A stretch of 28,086 nt of DNA from positions 1 through 28,086 of the forward strand of contig JBBIJB010000028.1 in assembly GCA_037446215.1 (NCBI GenBank). The letters are read 5' to 3'. Origin of the DNA: Armatimonadota bacterium (GTDB lineage Bacteria; Sysuimicrobiota; Sysuimicrobiia; Sysuimicrobiales; Humicultoraceae). Shown here piece after piece: positions 17,459 to 25,540 of this stretch (position 1 is the first letter of the stretch; each line of letters begins with the position of its first letter). Both the position numbers and the translations under genes were made by a program. Under the pieces are notes generated by a model. It was not told the origin of the DNA. It saw only the letters and a program-made list of their open reading frames with translations, and made no database searches.

Positions 17459-18277
17459 ATGGCACCGGAGAGATCAACGTCACTGCCGCGCCGGGGGGTT
17501 GCCCTGGCCGCGGCCCTGGCACTAGTGCTGGCACCGGCGGCCGTCGGCCAAGGGCTCACCATCGACACCCTGCTGACGAGGATGATGGCCGAGCCCAACC
17601 CTCAGCAGTACACGATGACCGCGGACTTCACCTCGCGACTCACCTTCAACATGGCCACGGGCAGGGTGGGGGCGTCCGCGGCCGGGGTGTTCTCCGAGTC
17701 CCGCCCTGCGGTCGGAGAGCAGCGCCGCCGCAAGGCCACCATAACCCGCCTTGACCTGCCGCTGCTGCTTCGCCCCTTCTCCGGAGCGATCAGGGGATTC
17801 ATAGTCGATCTGATCGAGACCGAGCACAGGCCGTCCGAGACCGTTCCTGCCCACGACGTGTTCATAGCCGAGGAGAGGCCAGGAGGGAAGTTCCTGGTCG
17901 GCGGCGTCCGGCAGGACATCGTCACCGAGGTGATGATCAAGTACAGACAGACCGGGGGGTTGCGTGAGCCCGCGGCCAGACGGGCGATCGCGCAGTGGCT
18001 GTGGTCGCCGACCCAGCGACCGACCATCGCGCGCGGCGGGCCCGGGCCGTACGCGCTCACTGCCGTTGTCGATGAGTGGGGCCTGGCGCACCAGCTTGAC
18101 CTGTTCTACGACTGGGGCAACCTGGGCACCAAGGTGGTCTTCGTTCAGGCCGGCGGCCGGACGTTCTGGAAGGAGGTCGTCGTGGAGACCTCTTCTGAGA
18201 TCACGGGGATGGGCCGCGTCGACGGCACGATGCACCTGGTGCTGACCAACCATTGCGTCAACTGCGCTCCGCGATAG
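17459..18277 (+). CDS. Secreted hypothetical protein with C-terminal CxxC (272 aa)
   Basis: Signal peptide (PRRGVALAAALALVLAPAAVG), beta-strand-like patterning, ends TNHCVNCAPR. Starts 5 nt after the nitroreductase stop. Confidence 0.78.
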   Translation: MAPERSTSLPRRGVALAAALALVLAPAAVGQGLTIDTLLTRMMAEPNPQQYTMTADFTSRLTFNMATGRVGASAAGVFSESRPAVGEQRRRKATITRLDLPLLLRPFSGAIRGFIVDLIETEHRPSETVPAHDVFIAEERPGGKFLVGGVRQDIVTEVMIKYRQTGGLREPAARRAIAQWLWSPTQRPTIARGGPGPYALTAVVDEWGLAHQLDLFYDWGNLGTKVVFVQAGGRTFWKEVVVETSSEITGMGRVDGTMHLVLTNHCVNCAPR

Positions 18278-18296
18278 CCGACGGACGGGGGTGAGG

Positions 18297-18632
18297 ATGA
18301 TGCATGTGGAGTTCCTCTACTTCGAGCAGTGCCCGTCGCACACCGAGGCGCTGGCGCGGCTGCGGCGCGCCCTCGAGGCGGAGGAGCTTGCCGTGGACGT
18401 CGAGGTCACAAGGGTGGAGTCCCGGCAGGAGGCCGAGCGGCTGGGCTTCTCCGGATCGCCCACGATTCGGATAGACGGCGAGGACCTTCAGCCCGAGGGA
18501 GCATCCGGGCCCCCGGCGCTCACATGCCGCACCTACCGTACGGGGGATGGCCGCCTCTCCCCGCTGCCCACCGAGGCTATGTTCGGGGAGTTCGTCGGGA
18601 GCCACGCACGAAGGGCGAGAGGAGGACAGTGA
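18297..18632 (+). CDS. Small thioredoxin-fold protein (DF-family/(seleno)protein-like, Cys form)
   Basis: VEFLYFEQCPSH...GFSGSPTIRIDGEDL...CRTYRT...P. Its TGA overlaps the next ATG. Start 18297 or 18300. Confidence 0.82.
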   Translation: MMHVEFLYFEQCPSHTEALARLRRALEAEELAVDVEVTRVESRQEAERLGFSGSPTIRIDGEDLQPEGASGPPALTCRTYRTGDGRLSPLPTEAMFGEFVGSHARRARGGQ

Positions 18633-19351
18633 TGGCGCTGGGTGACAGGCTGGTGCCTTTCAGCCTTCCGGCCACGGATGGCACGCAGGTATCCGCCGAG
18701 GAGATCACCGAGCCCCGGGTAGTGGGCATAGTCTTCTGGTGCAACCACTGCCCCTACGTGAAGGCGTGGGAGGATCGCCTGATCGCGCTGCAGCGGGAGT
18801 TCTCCGCAAGGGGCGTCCAGTTCGTGCTGATCAGCAGCAACGACCCGCTCGCCTACCCAGACGACTCGTTCGCGAACATGAGGGCGCTCGCCTCGGACAA
18901 AGCCTATCCCTTCCCCTACCTCTTCGACGAGTCGCAGCAGGTGGCCCGGGCCTACGGCGCGATGCGCACGCCCGAGGTGTTCCTCTTCGGGCCCGACCGC
19001 ACCCTGCGCTACCACGGCGCCATAGATGACAACTTCGAGGACCCGAACGGTGTGACGCACGCCTACCTGAGCGACGCGATCGAGGCGCTGCTTGCGGACA
19101 GGGAACCGCCGGTGGCAAGCACCTCTCCGGTCGGCTGCACAATCAAGTGGAAGGCCTATCGGCTGAGTCCAGCCGTCGCTAGACGGTTTCGAGGACTGCC
19201 GCGGCCTCTAGCTCGCTTCGCTTCAGCGCCAGCAGCGCCCGGTTCGCGGCGTCCAGGGGGAACGCCTCGAATCGAGGCCGCACGCCTATCTCGGCCGCGG
19301 CCCGCAGGAACCCTGCGGCGTCCGTGCGCGTCAGGTTGCTCACGCTCCTGA
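18632..19351 (+). CDS. Thioredoxin-family (AhpC/TSA-like redoxin) protein with an aberrant C-terminal extension
   Basis: FSLPATDG, FWCNHCPYVKA, ISSND...YPDDSF, FPYLFDESQQVARAYGA.RTPE, YHGAIDD, GCTIKWK. GGAGGA RBS. Confidence 0.9.
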   Translation: MALGDRLVPFSLPATDGTQVSAEEITEPRVVGIVFWCNHCPYVKAWEDRLIALQREFSARGVQFVLISSNDPLAYPDDSFANMRALASDKAYPFPYLFDESQQVARAYGAMRTPEVFLFGPDRTLRYHGAIDDNFEDPNGVTHAYLSDAIEALLADREPPVASTSPVGCTIKWKAYRLSPAVARRFRGLPRPLARFASAPAAPGSRRPGGTPRIEAARLSRPRPAGTLRRPCASGCSRS

Positions 19352-20177
19352 GGACGCGCTCCCCGTAGAGCGCCGAGTAGGGCATCTGCGGGATGCTGTC
19401 GAGCGTCACCGCGTTCACCGCCACCGTCCCGCCAGGCCTCACCGCCCCCAGGGCCAGCCGCACCACCTCGCCGGAGGGCGCGAAGACCACCGCGCGGTCA
19501 AACAGGCGCGGAGGCACGTCCCCGGGCGACCCAACCCATGAGGCGCCGAGCCCCTCGGCCAGGGCGCGGTGGCGCGGGCTGCGTGTAACGACCCCTACCT
19601 TGCAGCCCCACGCCGCCGCGAGCTGAATCGCCAGATGCGCCGACGCACCGAAACCGAACAAGCCGAGCCACTCGCCGGGGAGCAGCCCCGCTATGCGCAG
19701 CGACCTGTAACCGATCGCCCCGGCGCACAGCAGCGGGGCCGCCTCGAGGTTACCAAACCGATCCGGTATGGGGACTACGAAGCCCGCATCCGCCACGGCG
19801 TACTCCGCGAATCCTCCGTCCAGATCGTACCCGGTGAACCTGGCCCGGGGGCAGAGGTTCTCATCGCCGCGGCAGCAGGCGGCACAGTCGCCACAACTCC
19901 ACCCCAGCCACGTGACGCCTACCCTCTTCCCGAGCAGATCCGGGTCAACGCCTTCACCGAGACGATCGACCGCTCCGACGATCTGGTGCCCGGGCACGAG
20001 CGGCGACCTGTGGAGGGGGAGCTCTCCCTCGACGATGTGGAGGTCGGTGTGGCACACTCCGCAGGCAAGCACGCGGAGTAGGACCTCACCCCGTCCGGGT
20101 GCCGGCGCGGCGCGCTCCACGATGGCGAGCGGCGAGGCCTCGGCCGGCGCGGGCGCGGCAAGGCTTGCGGCCCTCAA
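19179..20177 (-). CDS. Zinc-dependent alcohol dehydrogenase family protein (332 aa, TTG start)
   Basis: CGVCHTDLH, PGHQIVG, structural zinc CGDCAACCRGDENLC, APLLCAGAIGYR, GLFGFGASAH. Confidence 0.93.
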   Translation of the reverse strand: MRAASLAAPAPAEASPLAIVERAAPAPGRGEVLLRVLACGVCHTDLHIVEGELPLHRSPLVPGHQIVGAVDRLGEGVDPDLLGKRVGVTWLGWSCGDCAACCRGDENLCPRARFTGYDLDGGFAEYAVADAGFVVPIPDRFGNLEAAPLLCAGAIGYRSLRIAGLLPGEWLGLFGFGASAHLAIQLAAAWGCKVGVVTRSPRHRALAEGLGASWVGSPGDVPPRLFDRAVVFAPSGEVVRLALGAVRPGGTVAVNAVTLDSIPQMPYSALYGERVLRSVSNLTRTDAAGFLRAAAEIGVRPRFEAFPLDAANRALLALKRSELEAAAVLETV

Positions 20178-20210
20178 CCTTCCCCCGCCTCCGGGTATCG
20201 CGCAGCGGCC

Positions 20211-20867
20211 TCAGAGCACACGCGCACTCTCGATACGGCCCCCCGCAAACCTGGCAATCCTCTCCGCGGCCGTCTCCGTGTGGCCCATGAGCCTGGACTG
20301 GTCGTAGCTGCCCGGGGCATAGATGATCATCAGGCAGCGGCGGGTCGCGAGCGTGATCATTGTGCGCTGGGAGTCGCTCGTCGGGCTGCCGCACGGCCCC
20401 AGGGCGTCGGCGGCGGTGATTCGCCCTTCCACGGAGTAGAGCCCCTTGCCTATCGCCTCGTACCCTTCTCCCGGCCCGCCCTTCCTGAGAAGCATCGCGT
20501 CGGCCACCCTGTCGAGGTCGTGGAGCCCGATCGGAAGGAGGTAGTCGAGCGAGCACAGGTTGTTGAGATCTACGAGGCTGTTGATCCTCGGGAGGTCTTT
20601 GCCGCGGAGTACCCTTCGCAGCAGCGCCTCCGATGACGGCCGCAGCTTGGTGGGATCTACCCCGACCCGCCAGTAGAGCTCGCGCGCAGGCCGCAGACCC
20701 TCGATCTGCGAGGGCTCGAGGCCGGCGTGCGTGGCGCGAAGCCTGTCGGAGAGAGCCTCGATCTCCGTCCATAAGTCGGCGTCGTGCTCCGACACGGTGA
20801 CTCCGGACGCCTCAACGACGCCGGCCCTGAGCGAGCCGACCACTCCGGGATCGATGACCACCTGCAT
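20211..20867 (-). CDS. Free-standing B3/B4 domain protein (PheRS beta editing-domain-like)
   Basis: GVDPTKLRPSSEALLRRVL, LPRINSLVDLNNLCSL, PIGLHDLD, D..GPCGSPTSDS.RT. Confidence 0.9.
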   Translation of the reverse strand: MQVVIDPGVVGSLRAGVVEASGVTVSEHDADLWTEIEALSDRLRATHAGLEPSQIEGLRPARELYWRVGVDPTKLRPSSEALLRRVLRGKDLPRINSLVDLNNLCSLDYLLPIGLHDLDRVADAMLLRKGGPGEGYEAIGKGLYSVEGRITAADALGPCGSPTSDSQRTMITLATRRCLMIIYAPGSYDQSRLMGHTETAAERIARFAGGRIESARVL

Positions 20868-21550
20868 CACCGCCGCTTCTCCCCGTCGAAGCGCCACAGG
20901 CCCGCAGCCCGTGCCGCCGACAGGGCTGCCTCCCACTCACGGAACGAGAGCCTCCTGTCCAGCTCCGAAAACCTCCCCGCCCCAACCTTCCATGCGGGCG
21001 CGTACTGGTCCATCAGGTTGACGTAGGTATCGACGGAGAGCTTCTCTGCCACCCAGCGCATCACCTCGGGCGTGCCCGCCTCCGGGTAGCCGGCGGCCAG
21101 GAGGTAGCGGCTCGTACGCGCTCGTGTTGTGTACGATGGGGAGGCACAGCCCCGCCTCAACCGCCAGCGGCAGCGACTCCAGTACCTGAGGAACGACGTG
21201 CTCGGGAGTGACGAGGTTGATGTTGCGGCAGCCGGCCTCCTGTAGGTGGAGCATCATGGCGGCGAGCGCCCGGGGCTCCACAGGTTGCACATGGAGAAGA
21301 ATATGGTCCCGCTCCCCCTCCATCCGAGAAGACAGTCCTCCTCCCCCGCGTGCGGGAAGAAGGAGCTCACGATAGCGCGGCGTCCGCACCTGCAGACACC
21401 CGGCCTCTCCTCGAGCCTGTTGACCCTGCACTCCCGGAGCCGCTCCAAACCTTCGGCGGCCCGCCTCCTGAGCTCGCCTACGCCGAGCTTGGCATAGGCC
21501 GGGGTAAAGCCGGCGCGTGGAATCGTGAATCGCTCGTTTGCCCTCGCCAT
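20867..21550 (-). pseudogene. PflX-like radical SAM protein pseudogene with multiple internal deletions and two frameshifts
   Basis: Three reading frames in order: PHAGEEDCLLGWRGSGTIFFSMCNL | LAAMMLHLQEAGCRNINLVTPEHVVPQ...HNTSAYE | RYL..GYPEA-GTPEVMRWVAEKLSVDTYVNLMDQYAP...AGLWRFD. Only the first Cys of CxxxCxxC survives. Confidence 0.85.
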
Positions 21551-21727
21551 CGCCACGCCACTCTCCGACGTCGCTATCATGCGCCCTGCGACCGCCCGCC
21601 CGCAACAGCGCCTGGACTACCCCGCGGGGCCGACGTAGGAGAAGCCCCGGCGCTTCGCAGGGATCTCGCCGGCAGTAGCGAGAAGAACCAACTGAGATCG
21701 ACACCGGACGACGGGGAGGAGAGAGCC

Positions 21728-22195
21728 GTGGCGAATCTCAAGGAGGTCGTTCTCCATCACCTCGAGCACACCTTCGAGAAGGAGGGATGGCAGCCGTCGC
21801 TCGCCATGTCGGTGGACGGGCTCTCCTCGGAGCAGGCTGCCTGGAGACCTTCGGCAGAGAGGCACTCGGTCTGGCAGATAGTCCGCCACATCACGCTGTG
21901 GAAGCGCGCCGTCTTCGAGGACTGGAGCGGCCGGAAGCCCGATTACAGGGAGATCGAGAGGCAGGACTGGCAGGAGGCCGCGGGCGACGAGACGGCGTGG
22001 CGGTCCGATGCCGCCGCGCTGCACGCCGCCTCGAAGCAGGTAGTCGAGTGGGCACAGGGACTGGGCGAGGAGGAGCTCTCGCGCCCGATCGGCAAGGAAC
22101 GGGCGCCGCTCGCGGCTCATCTGATCATGATGGCCACCCACGACTCCTACCACGCGGGCCAGATCAGGTGCCTGAGGACGATCCAGGGGGCCTAG
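21728..22195 (+). CDS. DinB-family protein (155 aa, GTG start)
   Basis: GLSSEQAAWRP, HSVWQIVRHI, HDSYHAGQI His triad. GGAGGA RBS. Confidence 0.9.
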   Translation: MANLKEVVLHHLEHTFEKEGWQPSLAMSVDGLSSEQAAWRPSAERHSVWQIVRHITLWKRAVFEDWSGRKPDYREIERQDWQEAAGDETAWRSDAAALHAASKQVVEWAQGLGEEELSRPIGKERAPLAAHLIMMATHDSYHAGQIRCLRTIQGA

Positions 22196-22242
22196 CGGCG
22201 AGGATCCGCACGGCGGCGTTAGGGTTGGGTGAGCTGCACCCC

Positions 22243-23127
22243 CTATCCGAGGAGAATCAGCGCAGTCCCGACCAGGGCCAGGAGCGCCCCCCAGACTACC
22301 TGGGGCGTGATCGTCTCCTGGCCGGGCAGAATGAGCGGGCTCATGATGAGCACGATGAGCACCTGGAGGTTGTAGAGCACCGAGACCACGGCCACGGGTG
22401 CGTGCGTCAGCCCTACGAAGAGCAGCAGTATCGCAGCGGTGTTGCATGCGGCGCTGCCCAGCAGGTCGGCCCTCCTTAGGTCCGGCCCCTTGGGCAGACG
22501 CGCCGATCGGTTGAAGACCGACCACAGCAGGTGCGCCGAGAAGGCCACGGTCGCCCCCACGGCGGTCCCGAGGAAGGGGGAGGGCGTGAGCACCAGCCCT
22601 ATGCGCCGGGCCGAATCGCCCAGGGCGAAGGCCGCCGCGGCCCCGAGCACTATCGCCACTCCTGCGATATCCTCACTCGCTCTGCGCCGAAGGGGCGACT
22701 GACGTTCAGGCTTCAGGCTGTACCAAAGCCCGAGGGTCACCGCCGCCATTCCGACGATCTGCCAGGCGCGGGGAAGCTCCCGGAGCAGGAGGTATCCGAA
22801 CAGCAGCGTGAAGACCGAGTTGCTGAGCCGGAGCGACGTCGATAGCGACGGCCCGAGCCGCTTGATCCCGTGGTAGGCGAGGTTCCTTCCTACCAGGGTG
22901 CCGGCCAGCCCTCCCAGGGCAAACAGCCAGATAGACGCGGGGTTCACAGGGGGGACCTTGCCGCGTAGGGCAACCACCCCTAGGAGTGCCCAGAAGACGA
23001 CCACGTTGGCGGCAATGCTGACCAGCACGCCTGCCTCCGGGGCCACCGCCACCATGAACCTGCGCGCGAGGAGCGTGTTCATCCCGAATGCGAGCGCGGC
23101 CGCCAGGGCCGCCATCTCCCCTATCAC
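22243..23127 (-). CDS. EamA/DMT family transporter (294 aa)
   Basis: About 10 TM segments in two repeats (GIKRLGPS...LLLRELP; GLTHAPVAVVSVL...QETIT...GALLALVG). Confidence 0.88.
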   Translation of the reverse strand: MIGEMAALAAALAFGMNTLLARRFMVAVAPEAGVLVSIAANVVVFWALLGVVALRGKVPPVNPASIWLFALGGLAGTLVGRNLAYHGIKRLGPSLSTSLRLSNSVFTLLFGYLLLRELPRAWQIVGMAAVTLGLWYSLKPERQSPLRRRASEDIAGVAIVLGAAAAFALGDSARRIGLVLTPSPFLGTAVGATVAFSAHLLWSVFNRSARLPKGPDLRRADLLGSAACNTAAILLLFVGLTHAPVAVVSVLYNLQVLIVLIMSPLILPGQETITPQVVWGALLALVGTALILLG

Positions 23128-23290
23128 GGCTCCCGCCTCGGCTCTGTCTCGCCTCTAGCAGTCGGGCCAGGCCCGCCTGCCCGTAAGCCTCCCAAGGAGC
23201 ACCTCGCTTCGATCTAACCCCGTCACCGCACGCGAGGGCGATCCGCGCCGATGTGTAGGGTACAAGCATCACGCCGTGCTTGGAGGCCAG

Positions 23291-24016
23291 ATGCGCGCCC
23301 TTACCACTGCCCGAGACCGCCCCGCGCGGTCGGGCCGCCAGCCACAAGGATTCGCCAGACCCGGGAGGTCAGTCCTTGGAGCCACCCTCATCGAGGCCGT
23401 GCTCGTTCTCAGCCTCCTGGCGCTGGCAGCAGGCGCCCTGCATGGGTTCCTCAAGGTCGCCTCCGTCGGCACCGCGCTTACCGAGCAGAGGCTCGACCTC
23501 CTGCAGTCCGCTCGGAGAGGCCTCGAGCGGATCGCGGAGGAGATCCGGTGGGCCGAGGCCGTCGTGGGCGTGCCGACCTGCGGCCCAACCGGCCTCTGCG
23601 CCGACAGGGTGACGGTCAGGATCCCGGCAGGAAATCCCTACAGAGCCGACCAGCCCTACGAGGTCACGTTCCAGCACAACTCCCGGCAGCGGGAGATCGA
23701 GCGCAGGGTCGGAGGCGGCACCAACAACCTCTCATCTCACGTGGAGCGACTGGAGTTGGCGTACTTCGACCCGGATGGCCGCGTCGCGCATGCACCGGAG
23801 TCCGTGGTGCGCGTTCGGGTGACTGCGACCCTACGCGCGCGAGGCGGACATCCGCTCACCCTCACGGGCGATGCCGCGCTGCGGAATCGCCGCCCTCAGG
23901 CGCCCTCTTCCCATCGGACCCCGGCTTGGAGACCGACCCCGCGGGGGTTCATGGAGCCGCCGACCGGCGAGCGGACCGTGCTCCCGCCCCCTCCCCCCAC
24001 GTCGGTCGCCCGCTAG
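23291..24016 (+). CDS. Type IV pilin/pseudopilin-like protein (PilW/GspJ-like, 241 aa)
   Basis: Basic leader, G|ATLIE plus hydrophobic helix, QSARRGLERIAEEIRWA, LELAYFD, VRVRVT, ALRN, then a Pro-rich tail. GGAGG RBS. Confidence 0.78.
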   Translation: MRALTTARDRPARSGRQPQGFARPGRSVLGATLIEAVLVLSLLALAAGALHGFLKVASVGTALTEQRLDLLQSARRGLERIAEEIRWAEAVVGVPTCGPTGLCADRVTVRIPAGNPYRADQPYEVTFQHNSRQREIERRVGGGTNNLSSHVERLELAYFDPDGRVAHAPESVVRVRVTATLRARGGHPLTLTGDAALRNRRPQAPSSHRTPAWRPTPRGFMEPPTGERTVLPPPPPTSVAR

Positions 24017-24041
24017 GACGACGCGCCCTCCATCCGGCGGG

Positions 24042-25211
24042 TCATAGCGACAGCCGCCGGTAGCTTCCGGAGCAAGGAGGGCCGGAAGCGATCTGCATCG
24101 TCCGGGCGTGGAGGTCGATGATCACCGAGGCCTCGGTCTGGTAGCGCTCGCCCTCCGGGTGGGAAGGATTTGGGTGCCTGCACACCGACTCCGGGATCCC
24201 GTCGTGGTCGCGGAGCAGCATGCGCAGCACCCTGGCCGATATCGGCCCTCGGGCCGACGCGCCTGTCAGCAGCTCCTCCAGCCTCCGGTGTCTGTGGTAC
24301 GTGGACAGCCGCTCTTCCACCATCGGCTCCCAGAGCCCGAGCGCCCCGGGATCGATGAAGTGGTTGGCGTGCACGAGTAGGCCGCCGCGCGGGGCCGTGG
24401 AGCGGGTTCCGGCGGGCGAGACCTCGAGGTTGGTCGCCCGCCCCTTCCCCGGGGCCGCTGCCTCGGCGATGATGAAGCTTGCCGAGCACGAGTGGGGGCC
24501 TGCTCCGGCCGCGAAGAGGGCCTCGTCGAGCGTGGTACTGCAGAGCGCCTCCCAGGTCCTCACATGAAAGGGCCTCCCAAGCCTGGACCAGTCGTCCGCG
24601 TCGGACAGCAGGCCGCTCACTGCCAGCCCAACGCCCGCGCTGTTCAGGCCGAACTTCCCCCCCGCTATTCCGGCTTCGGAGAAGCACAGGACGCGGTGGC
24701 CGCTCGGCAGCGCCACGAGAAGCACCACCCCCGCGACGCCGGGTATCCAGTCCCAGTTCTGGCCCATCAGCAGATGGCCGGCCCTGGCGACCTCGGGTAA
24801 GACCGCGAAGGCGGTGCACTCCCCGGCCGGCGAGGGGGCCCTGCCCAGCGTAGCCATCCCGATTCGGGAGAACTCGCTGTACAGCAGCTCGTACCTCAGG
24901 TTCATCGCCACTATCTCCATGAGGGGCGCCCCGCATCCCTCGGCGACTCCCTCCACCATGGCGGCGTACTCGGGGCTGTGCCACCGGAGCGCCTCCCAGC
25001 AGCGGGCGGATCGCCGTAGCACCTCGGAGGCCGGAAGCTCGGCGTCCTCCTCGAACCGGCGGAGGTAGAGCCGGATGTTGTGCGCGATAAGGCCGGTGGC
25101 CAGGCGGCCGTGCGCGAGACCCCGCGCGCGCGGATCGCCGCTCAGGCGGAGTACGGGGAGGCCTCTCGCTCGGTGGATCAACCCCGGCTTGCTGACCCGT
25201 CCTCTACTCAC
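24042..25211 (-). CDS. Peptidase C45 / acyl-CoA:6-APA acyltransferase family Ntn-hydrolase
   Basis: RGLAHG, MNLRYE, autoprocessing site GE|CTAF, GQNWDW, EAGIAGGKFGLNSAG, HANHF, LRDH...SVCRH. Start uncertain (GTG 25211 with GGAGGG upstream, or GTG 25292). Confidence 0.88.
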   Translation of the reverse strand: MSRGRVSKPGLIHRARGLPVLRLSGDPRARGLAHGRLATGLIAHNIRLYLRRFEEDAELPASEVLRRSARCWEALRWHSPEYAAMVEGVAEGCGAPLMEIVAMNLRYELLYSEFSRIGMATLGRAPSPAGECTAFAVLPEVARAGHLLMGQNWDWIPGVAGVVLLVALPSGHRVLCFSEAGIAGGKFGLNSAGVGLAVSGLLSDADDWSRLGRPFHVRTWEALCSTTLDEALFAAGAGPHSCSASFIIAEAAAPGKGRATNLEVSPAGTRSTAPRGGLLVHANHFIDPGALGLWEPMVEERLSTYHRHRRLEELLTGASARGPISARVLRMLLRDHDGIPESVCRHPNPSHPEGERYQTEASVIIDLHARTMQIASGPPCSGSYRRLSL

Positions 25212-25328
25212 GCAGCCCTCCACCGGCGGCGCTTGTGCCGGCGCGCACGCGTCGCAGTCGGCGCGGCCGGTTTCCCTACCAGTTCTGTGCACGTCCTCCC
25301 CACTCCCCCGGCGAAGGGCAGTTCATGC

Positions 25329-25357
25329 TTGACTGGGGCGTCCCGCGGTGCTAGTTT
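25329..25357 (+). promoter_or_regulatory. Sigma70-type promoter of the amidohydrolase operon
   Basis: TTGACT (25329-25334)-N17-TAGTTT (25352-25357) with a TGn extended -10, 13 nt before the PyrR-type hairpin. Confidence 0.75.
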
Positions 25358-25370
25358 CTTGTCGACATGA

Positions 25371-25406
25371 CTCCTTTAAGGGACGTCCTGCGAGACGGAC
25401 AAGGAG
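25371..25406 (+). promoter_or_regulatory. PyrR-binding RNA hairpin (anti-antiterminator)
   Basis: CTCCTTTAA-GGGA-CGTC-CTGCGA-GACG-GAC-AAGGAG. It has the CUUUAA motif, a CNGNGA hexaloop on a short stem (variant of ARUCCNGNGAGGYU) and a lower stem CTCCTT/AAGGAG. Confidence 0.8.
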
Positions 25407-25422
25407 GGAGACGGGAGACCGT

Positions 25423-25459
25423 CCCGCGCCCTGCTATTGCGGGGGGCGGGTTTGTTTTT
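25423..25459 (+). terminator. Leader (attenuator) intrinsic terminator
   Basis: CCCGCGCCCTGC-TATT-GCGGGGGGCGGG followed by TTTGTTTTT, 81 nt upstream of the amidohydrolase ATG. Confidence 0.85.
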
Positions 25460-25540
25460 CCCCCGACAACCGCCTCCTCCAGGCGCCCTTCTGCTACCAG
25501 GGAGCATCGAGAGCACCGCAAAGGGAGGGTGAGATAGACC

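Noticed and set aside
18297..18632. Selenocysteine recoding in the small thioredoxin-fold protein
   Set aside because: The motif reads CPSH with no in-frame TGA inside the domain; the only TGA is the terminal stop overlapping the next ATG.
23221..23254. Sigma28-type promoter or c-di-GMP riboswitch upstream of the pilin-like gene
   Set aside because: GCCGATGT resembles a sigma28 -10 box but there is no TAAA-like -35 at the right spacing, and riboswitch core motifs are absent.
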